A stretch of DNA of 64,000 nt from Fibrobacterales bacterium (GTDB lineage: Bacteria; Fibrobacterota; Fibrobacteria; Fibrobacterales; JAOPTW01), in assembly GCA_051532055.1 (NCBI GenBank), contig JAOPTX010000009.1, forward strand, positions 1-64,000. Reading direction: 5' to 3'. Below the pieces are notes generated by a model, which ran no database searches, had not been told where the DNA came from, and saw only the letters and a program-made list of their open reading frames with translations. The translations under genes were made by a program, and so were the position numbers. Of this stretch, positions 57,309 through 64,000 are shown one piece after another. Positions within the stretch are counted from its first letter, which is position 1. Every line of letters starts with the position of its first letter.

Positions 57309-58124
57309 ATGAAACAAGCATTAATCACTGGAGGGACTTCTGGTGTTGGATTCTCAATTGCAGAAGGTATTCTTGCTCAAGGATATAACGTTGCTCTTAT
57401 TGGTAGAAATCAAAAGCGAGGAGCTGAGGTTATTCAAGAACTGGAGGCGCGCTACCCCGGTAAGGTTTCATTTTTTGCGGTGGACTTGAGTGATCAAATT
57501 GCAGTTCACCACTTTATTGATGAGTATCGTGCACGTTATGATACTCTCGATCTAATAGCCCATTGTGCGGGTATTGTCTCACCCAAAAGAGTACTGACTC
57601 AACAGAATGTTGAGCAGACCTTTGCGGTGGGGTGTGTGAGTGCTGCACAATTGAGTATCGCACTTATGCCGCTGCTTCAAAAGGCCCGGCATGGGAGAAT
57701 TATACATGTTTCGGGTAGTGCTTCAATGGTACTAAAAGAGCGGTTGTCATTTGCCGATCTCACATTCGAAAAGGGGTACAATGGATTTAAAGCGGCAATT
57801 GCCGCAGTTCATGCAAAAACAGTTCTTACAGAAATTCTAGCTGAACGGTATTCCGGTGTTTCGGTTGTGTCGTTTCATCCTGGGATTGTCCGCTCAAACC
57901 TCCAAAGAGATTTGGGAGGTCTATTGGGGGTCATTGCAAGGTTTGCAGCTCGATTCTTCCCTAAGGTTTGTACCACTGGAATTTATGTCGCTACAGACCC
58001 CCTCTTCATTAAAGAGTCTGGGGTCTATGTCGCAAAAATATCAGTGAAAAAATTGCAGTTCTCTGCATCCTATAAAGAGGAGCTTTGGAGGGGGTTACAA
58101 GCGCTCCTTGTACCACACCCCTGA
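57309..58124 (+). CDS. Short-chain dehydrogenase/reductase-like protein, atypical active site
   Basis: ITGGTSGVG Rossmann motif, DLS, CAG and HPG.V.S; YxxxK absent. Confidence 0.8.
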   Translation: MKQALITGGTSGVGFSIAEGILAQGYNVALIGRNQKRGAEVIQELEARYPGKVSFFAVDLSDQIAVHHFIDEYRARYDTLDLIAHCAGIVSPKRVLTQQNVEQTFAVGCVSAAQLSIALMPLLQKARHGRIIHVSGSASMVLKERLSFADLTFEKGYNGFKAAIAAVHAKTVLTEILAERYSGVSVVSFHPGIVRSNLQRDLGGLLGVIARFAARFFPKVCTTGIYVATDPLFIKESGVYVAKISVKKLQFSASYKEELWRGLQALLVPHP

Positions 58125-58254
58125 CTCTTTGAAAAGTTACGCTAAAATAAGTAAAGCCTCCACCCTCAGCACCATATTTCTATATTTACAGTACTGTAAC
58201 CATGGGTTAGAATCTGTTATGGTTATCCTATTGAAAACTAAGGAAGTGGAATAT

Positions 58255-59502
58255 ATGCGTGCAGTAATAGATAAATCAATGGTATCACCGGTAATACTGT
58301 TTGTTTTAGCTACAACCATACTATTGTTTTTGGGCGGGTGTTGTAATTGTAATCAAGTCCGCGTCGTGGTTACGCATCATGATGCTGCAGGTGACTCGCT
58401 CTCAATAGCGGCGAATTGTCGTATTATCGAAGATACAATGGCAACCATATATACTTCGTGGGAATCTGCTCCTGATGATCTTTCTCAGATTAAGAAATCT
58501 GAAAGTACTCCACTACCAAAGCAAGCAGTTACTAACTGGGAAGATGCAGAAATCCCTGAAGATCTCGCTGCAAATTATGAAGACTATACTGTTGATCCCG
58601 CGGGAACAATACCGTACCAGACTGAGTATGTGGTCATTCTTGTTATTGATGGCGTCCGATGGAGTGAATCGTGGGGAGACTCGACCTTCTCCTTAATACA
58701 GAATCAAGCACACATTATGAAGCAACAAGGGGTCTTTAATAAGAATTTTTATAATGATGGTGTGACTGAAACAGTGCCCGGGCATACCGCTCTTACTACC
58801 GGTTATTATCAGAAAATGAATAATCATGGTAAACAGCTCCCTAAGAAATCATCAATTTTTCAACATTGGCGTAAGGCTTTTCATAAAAAGAAAAGTGATG
58901 CCTATATTCTTGCAACAAAAGGAAAACTTGCGGTACTCGGGTCATCTCTCGACCCTAAATGGCGCGGTAAATACGAACCGAAGACTTATTGTGGCGTTAA
59001 AGGGAAGGGTGTTAAAGGCGGCTATTCTAACGATAAAGCTATGATGAAAAAAGCGTTTAAGGTATTGCGAAAATATCACCCTCAGTTGAGTTTGATTACC
59101 TTGTATGGACCTGACTATTGGGGCCATAAGAAAAAATGGAAAAAATATGTGCGTGCGATTGAAGAGACTGATGAGATGGTCTTAACATTACTTGAGTATT
59201 TTCAGAACGACCCTTTTTATAAGGGTAAAACAACGGTCTTCTTAACCAACGATCATGGCCGTCATTTAAAAGGGCATAAGAATGGTTTTCATTCACATGG
59301 AGATAATTGTGAAGGCTGTAAACATTTAAGCTTTATGGCGTTCGGGCCCGACTTCAAACAAGATGTTGAGGTGTCAGTTCGTCGTAACCTTATCGATATC
59401 CCTGCTACTATTGAAGAGCTTATGGGCTTTGATGTCCCCCACGTAAAAGGTGATGTTATGAAAGAGCTCTTTCTTGATAAATACAAAAGCAACTTTAAGT
59501 AA
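58255..59502 (+). CDS. Alkaline phosphatase/sulfatase-superfamily lipoprotein
   Basis: VIDGVRWSE, TVPGH, D.WGH, NDHGRH and DI..TI motifs; start uncertain (58255 or 58279). Confidence 0.75.
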   Translation: MRAVIDKSMVSPVILFVLATTILLFLGGCCNCNQVRVVVTHHDAAGDSLSIAANCRIIEDTMATIYTSWESAPDDLSQIKKSESTPLPKQAVTNWEDAEIPEDLAANYEDYTVDPAGTIPYQTEYVVILVIDGVRWSESWGDSTFSLIQNQAHIMKQQGVFNKNFYNDGVTETVPGHTALTTGYYQKMNNHGKQLPKKSSIFQHWRKAFHKKKSDAYILATKGKLAVLGSSLDPKWRGKYEPKTYCGVKGKGVKGGYSNDKAMMKKAFKVLRKYHPQLSLITLYGPDYWGHKKKWKKYVRAIEETDEMVLTLLEYFQNDPFYKGKTTVFLTNDHGRHLKGHKNGFHSHGDNCEGCKHLSFMAFGPDFKQDVEVSVRRNLIDIPATIEELMGFDVPHVKGDVMKELFLDKYKSNFK

Positions 59503-59522
59503 CTCAATTAATGAGCAGTAAC

Positions 59523-60977
59523 TTATTTCTTCGTTGCTCTTTCTAAATTTCGTTTCGAAATATTAATAAGCCGTTGTAACCTTTTGAATCCTTTTTCAAA
59601 ACTTCGAGGAGAGTAAACCTTTCTCTCTTTTTTGTGGAGGATATAGGCTTCGCCAACCGCTTCAGTGATTTGCTTTTTCCATGTGTCTAACATCTGAGGA
59701 GCTCGTGCAAGAGGACCATTGAGGAGCCTCAGTTGCGCTGCTTTATACTTTTTATTGTAGTAGTTCCAGCCTTTAACCACGGGATCACAACTTGCAGAAC
59801 GTTGATTGTTATAGATTTTACATCGGTTAGAAATCTTACCCCATTGATCAATTTTCATACCTTCACTGGTGTCAAATGCGAGATCCATATCCCACGGTAT
59901 GATATAATTGAGTTTTGTGAGTGGGTCGGCATACCAATAAAAGTTATGGGGTTCAGATATTTCATTCCCTTTGTACCACCAGTGGAAGGCGCCATCATTA
60001 TTCCATATAGCACGGTCTACAGCGGCATAGGTTGCCATATAATCAGTATCAACCCATTTCTTTAGTTTTTTACCCAGAGTGCGGCGTCTTTTCGACTTAC
60101 TCATATCTAAACCAAAAGAGTAGAATAGGTCTATTGCAGCAGAGTCAGCATTATTTTTAAGGGCTTTTCTAATGTCGAGTTTTGAAGCGGGTTGTTTATT
60201 CCAGAGCGTGGGCCACACCTCTTTGATAAGAGCACCATCGCCCCCTTTAAAGTTTCTTTCAACAAAACGAGAATCAACATGCTCAACATGGCAAAAGAGT
60301 CCCATATGCTTGCCATTCATGTAAATTTTGGCATGTACTGCACGGGGGGCGGGTATGCCCGACTCTCTAAAGAGCCAGTAACTCAGGCGCTCCCTCATTT
60401 GAGAAGCGTAGTTATTCATGCTATGAAATTGTAATTTTTTTATACCATAAAAGGTGCGCTCTTTAAGGTGGTCAATTTTTACCTTCATAGAGAGCTTGGA
60501 ACAGGTTTTTTTACCACCCAGTGGCCAACCATTCTCTTTGGTTTTGGATACGCATCCCCAGAATGCACCTAGGGATCCTTTGTATCGTATGCCGACATTG
60601 GTGAGGGTGTCGCCCTCAAATACAAGTGCACCCGTTAAATAGCGTTCAGCCATTGGGTCATGGTTTAAAACATTGAGAGAGTCTTCAGGGAGTAAGAGTT
60701 CATAGGTGCGCAGTGCTTTTTGATCGAAAATATAATCAGAACCTCTAAATAAGCCTTTAAGCTGTAAATAGGGTGGCCTACAACTGATGAATAGTGTGGT
60801 AGCAAATAACACCGGTAGGAGAAATAGAATGGTGACTTTTCGGGCGCAGATAAAATGTAATAGTTTCAAAATTAGTCTTTTGTTATGACGGTATGATGAG
60901 AACACCCAAATACAGGGCAAAAGTGGCATCTTCCCCAAGATAATCCACTCTGTTCTCATCAACTCTCTGTAGGTCAA
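59523..60977 (-). CDS. CotH-family kinase (Lys/Arg-rich); true start probably downstream of 60977
   Basis: GIRYKG, MRERLSY, GLFCHVEHVD, HNFYWY and IPWDMDL motifs; lipobox-like LFIS-C. Confidence 0.8.
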   Translation of the reverse strand: MTYRELMRTEWIILGKMPLLPCIWVFSSYRHNKRLILKLLHFICARKVTILFLLPVLFATTLFISCRPPYLQLKGLFRGSDYIFDQKALRTYELLLPEDSLNVLNHDPMAERYLTGALVFEGDTLTNVGIRYKGSLGAFWGCVSKTKENGWPLGGKKTCSKLSMKVKIDHLKERTFYGIKKLQFHSMNNYASQMRERLSYWLFRESGIPAPRAVHAKIYMNGKHMGLFCHVEHVDSRFVERNFKGGDGALIKEVWPTLWNKQPASKLDIRKALKNNADSAAIDLFYSFGLDMSKSKRRRTLGKKLKKWVDTDYMATYAAVDRAIWNNDGAFHWWYKGNEISEPHNFYWYADPLTKLNYIIPWDMDLAFDTSEGMKIDQWGKISNRCKIYNNQRSASCDPVVKGWNYYNKKYKAAQLRLLNGPLARAPQMLDTWKKQITEAVGEAYILHKKERKVYSPRSFEKGFKRLQRLINISKRNLERATKK

Positions 60978-61066
60978 AATAAAGATATCAAATATAGAAG
61001 CAATCTAAAGGGTAACTCCCCAATGGGGAGCTGATATTGTTGATTATGCGCTCCGACTCTCTATTT

Positions 61067-61786
61067 TTAGTAAAGGATGCCAAGAGTCATTGAGACTGAA
61101 GTCGGTGGCTGTGTTTCCATTGTGTCAAATATTGAGAATGATCGAAGTTCTATGATGATTTGCTTGTCTGATAAGCGGAATACTTGTAGGCCAATTGACG
61201 CACCCGCACCAAATCCATGATACCATGAGTGTAATTCAGATTTTGAAGCACCATATCCAAAATCGAAGCCTACAAAGGGTGAAAACCCTGAATCGGAAAG
61301 GTAGTAGTTGAGGCCCAGTGAGAGTGAGCTCAAGAAGTCATGGTGTTTTATGTTGGCGCTGTTTTGAAAGAGCACTTTAATAGAGCCATGGGGCGTGACT
61401 TCCCATAGTTTTCCAATTCCAGCAGAGTACTGAATTGACTCGGAGTAGCCAGGGAGAAAGGCAGGGCCAAAAGTAAAGAGATTATATTTTTTACTCTCAA
61501 TTTTAGTTTTCATCTTCTTTTTGTTTCGTGGATCGATGTTGCCTACTCTATCTTCATGAGGCTCTGGCTGCATTGGCTGTTGAATGTACTGTGGAGTATG
61601 GGTGGCACTCTGAGCAGGCGCTTGTGGTGCTTGAATTATAACAGGTGCCGCTTGAGCCGGTACCGCTTGAATGGTTGTCTGTTGCTGTGGGGGGGCTGCT
61701 TGTTGAATGATGACGTTTTGGGTAAAAGTTGCAGGCGCAGAGAAAGCAATAGATGCGAGAGTAATCAGAAGTGAAGTACGGGACAT
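61067..61786 (-). CDS. Putative outer-membrane beta-barrel protein with Gln/Pro-rich N-terminus
   Basis: Signal peptide; alternating beta strands, SPFVG..FGYG; terminal aromatic residue. Confidence 0.65.
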   Translation of the reverse strand: MSRTSLLITLASIAFSAPATFTQNVIIQQAAPPQQQTTIQAVPAQAAPVIIQAPQAPAQSATHTPQYIQQPMQPEPHEDRVGNIDPRNKKKMKTKIESKKYNLFTFGPAFLPGYSESIQYSAGIGKLWEVTPHGSIKVLFQNSANIKHHDFLSSLSLGLNYYLSDSGFSPFVGFDFGYGASKSELHSWYHGFGAGASIGLQVFRLSDKQIIIELRSFSIFDTMETQPPTSVSMTLGILY

Positions 61787-61921
61787 AATGACCTAAAGGG
61801 TAAAATACTGAGGTATAAGGTACAAAGTAATGTCTAAAATTCAAGGAAATGAAGGTGAGAAATAGCTTCTTATTCTTACTGAAAGTAAACAGGAGCGGCG
61901 GGGCCTCTCCTTAAAATGACT

Positions 61922-63124
61922 CTAAAAGAGATGTTTGCTAAAGATTGTGGCAGGGAGCTTATTGCCTGTTATGGAGTGTTTAATGGTTCTTTTGAGAACA
62001 AAATCAAACAAGAGCGGGTTATAATCAAAAATTTCATTGAGGAGCTCTCGTTCATGTTGGGTAATGTGGCCTGACTTAACCAGAGCTGAGGTCCGAATGA
62101 TTATGTTGATTGCAGGGAGCGGGTAGTCGCTTCCATTGATGAGTTTGGGATGAATAGCATCGTTTTCAATAATTCTGTCAATTGAATGAAGGCGGTTTGA
62201 TTGGGTAATGGCTGAAATATCTGCATAGAGGAGGCCATCATACCGAGGGTCTTTTAAGAGATCAATAGCAGAAACCAGGTATTCCCCATGAGCGCCACAG
62301 GGTTCTTCAGTGCATGAACCGAGACTTGCGACATGGGCCATAATAACCTTGACTCCTTTATTTAAGGGGGCATACAAATACTGTGGGTTGCCGTAGCGCT
62401 GTGCCTCTTCACCCTCTGTTGCTTTTTCATCGCCGGTATGAGTTATGAGAACCATGTCAAACTTTTTCATTGTTTCATAATAGGCATCCAACATTGGTTT
62501 TTTCTCTTGAGATGCAGGGTTAATATTCATTGAGTTGGGGAGCCATTTTACAAATCGTACTCCCTGTGCGCCGTATCGTTCGAGTTCTGCAATAGCGTCA
62601 AGTCGGTAGGGGTGAATTGATATGATAGGAAAGAAGAGGTCAGGGTATTGCTTAACAACTTTCATCATATAGGCGTTTGAAACATGAAAGGTAGAGTGCT
62701 TTTTTCGTATGGCGCCTGATTCAGAGTAATTATAATCGAATGCCATGAGGCCATACTTTACAGGATAGGGATGCGACGTGATGAGTGCGGTTAATCGTTC
62801 TAAGTATTGGTCATCGATTTTGCTGTTTTTAGAAACGCCTGAGGCACTTTTATACACCTGAAACATAAGGTACCCTTTGGGGTGAGTCAGTGAAAGCCAC
62901 TCCTCATTTACATAGGTACCATTGGCAACTGAGTTACCTACGAGATGGGTGTGGTAGTCATAGGCGGTGTCATTAGGAATACTGCTCAATGCAGAGTCAA
63001 TCAGTGCTTTTGCTTCTAGACTCAACTCTTGGGTGAGTAAAAAGGGGTCTTTTTTAGAAGCCCCACCGATAAGAGAACACGAAATAAAGAGGGGGAGTAA
63101 GAGAGTAAGAAGTATCGCTTTCAT
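61922..63124 (-). CDS. Amidohydrolase_2-family lipoprotein
   Basis: DYHTH, SIHPYR, HTGDE, AHVAS, ADISA and NGSDYP motifs. Confidence 0.87.
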   Translation of the reverse strand: MKAILLTLLLPLFISCSLIGGASKKDPFLLTQELSLEAKALIDSALSSIPNDTAYDYHTHLVGNSVANGTYVNEEWLSLTHPKGYLMFQVYKSASGVSKNSKIDDQYLERLTALITSHPYPVKYGLMAFDYNYSESGAIRKKHSTFHVSNAYMMKVVKQYPDLFFPIISIHPYRLDAIAELERYGAQGVRFVKWLPNSMNINPASQEKKPMLDAYYETMKKFDMVLITHTGDEKATEGEEAQRYGNPQYLYAPLNKGVKVIMAHVASLGSCTEEPCGAHGEYLVSAIDLLKDPRYDGLLYADISAITQSNRLHSIDRIIENDAIHPKLINGSDYPLPAINIIIRTSALVKSGHITQHERELLNEIFDYNPLLFDFVLKRTIKHSITGNKLPATIFSKHLF

Positions 63125-63250
63125 GTGAATCCTAGAAAACTCTAAAAATATAAAGTTTTTTAGCGGGAGGGAATCCAGGAGGATACAATCTTCAGTTTGT
63201 AAAAGAAATTGTCTGAGAACGGTGGGTTTGTTGAGTGTGTTGAGTGAATA

Positions 63251-63616
63251 TTACTCGGTGGGAAGGTTTTTATCACTCCACTCGCGCCATCCCCCACTCA
63301 TTGATACGGTATTGGTGTAGCCCATTTTCTGTAACGTGTTACACACAAGAACACTGCGGTATCCACCACCACAGTAGACGACTATTGTTTCATCAGTATG
63401 GGGATGGAGTGATTCAATGTCACGCTCAATCACTCCTTTGCCAATATGCTGTGCACCCGCGACATGGCCACGAGCCCATTCATCTTGTTCGCGGCAATCT
63501 ATGAGTGCCATAGGTTCATTGTTGTTGATCATAGCGTGTACTGCATCTGGGGTGATTTCAGTGACTTCTTTAAGCGCTGACTTTACTATGGCAAGGAACT
63601 TTGGACTATGATTCAT
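63251..63616 (-). CDS. Single-domain rhodanese sulfurtransferase
   Basis: D.RE..EW..GH..GA, YCGGGYRS and GGW motifs. Confidence 0.93.
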   Translation of the reverse strand: MNHSPKFLAIVKSALKEVTEITPDAVHAMINNNEPMALIDCREQDEWARGHVAGAQHIGKGVIERDIESLHPHTDETIVVYCGGGYRSVLVCNTLQKMGYTNTVSMSGGWREWSDKNLPTE

Positions 63617-63803
63617 GGTGACTCCATTAGTGTGGTATTGAGAATATATTAAAATGCTTTTACTCTGTCTCTGATAATCACAGACTGTTATTCAGCAAAG
63701 GTAGGTGCTTAACTGTTTGAGTGCTCTTAAATGGGTTGGCAGGGCTTATGGCATTACCTTCCTCAGAAATATCAATCTTGTAGCGGAGTATGGGGCCCTA
63801 GTA

Positions 63804-64000
63804 TTAGTAGGGGCGCGCTTGTTTAATGTAGAGGTCTCTATTGACTCCATCTATTTTAAACTCTACATCCATGGCAAAAGTTCGATAACTGAGTGATTCA
63901 TTGGCGTTATAGATCTCGTAAAAATAGTCATTAATGGTACTGAGATGTTTGGCGAGCAGTAGGGTCTCAGGTTCTGAAAGAACGGGTTCGCCATCGGTGA
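63804..64000 (-). CDS. Partial CDS: C-terminus of a PEP/pyruvate-binding (PPDK_N-like) domain protein, extends beyond the window
   Basis: Not in the ORF track; minus-strand translation ends ...FAMDVEFKIDGVNRDLYIKQARPY*. Confidence 0.75.
   Translation of the reverse strand, partial: TDGEPVLSEPETLLLAKHLSTINDYFYEIYNANESLSYRTFAMDVEFKIDGVNRDLYIKQARPY

Noticed and set aside
6..63896. Numerous 60-160 aa ORFs overlapping larger genes, antisense or off-frame
   Set aside because: Shadow ORFs of well-supported genes, with no motifs recognised.
1..64000. CRISPR array, rRNA, tRNA, transposase or integrase
   Set aside because: I saw no regularly spaced repeats, cloverleafs, rRNA-like tracts, or DDE/tyrosine-recombinase motifs.

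Overview
AT-rich bacterial chromosomal window. Six TIGR02147/DUF4423-like paralogs, many Ser-rich-linker lipoproteins and glycoside hydrolases with short C-terminal sorting-like tails point to a Fibrobacterota-like organism (inference). Housekeeping and metabolic genes include hcp, a class II ribonucleotide reductase with tandem NrdR boxes, a 2-hydroxyacyl-CoA dehydratase activator-like fusion, an HD hydrolase, an SDR and a rhodanese. They sit among many secreted or surface proteins: GH8, GH3, a clan GH-A hydrolase, CBM6-SGNH, two CotH kinases, an esterase and LamG/cadherin adhesins. The main finding is a two-gene cassette repeated six times in about 48 kb. Each has an HTH-bearing TIGR02147-like gene translationally coupled to a lipoprotein. 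The lipoproteins share a (G/S)-T/x-x-[E/D]-x-x-N peptide just after the lipid Cys but carry different C-terminal domains. The two cassettes with near-identical recognition helices share a TGTC(A/G)ACA operator-like motif, which also occurs upstream of the GH3 and diguanylate cyclase genes. This suggests an undescribed envelope-sensing regulatory system. No rRNA, tRNA, CRISPR array or transposase was recognised. All family assignments come from recognising motifs by eye; no database searches were run.
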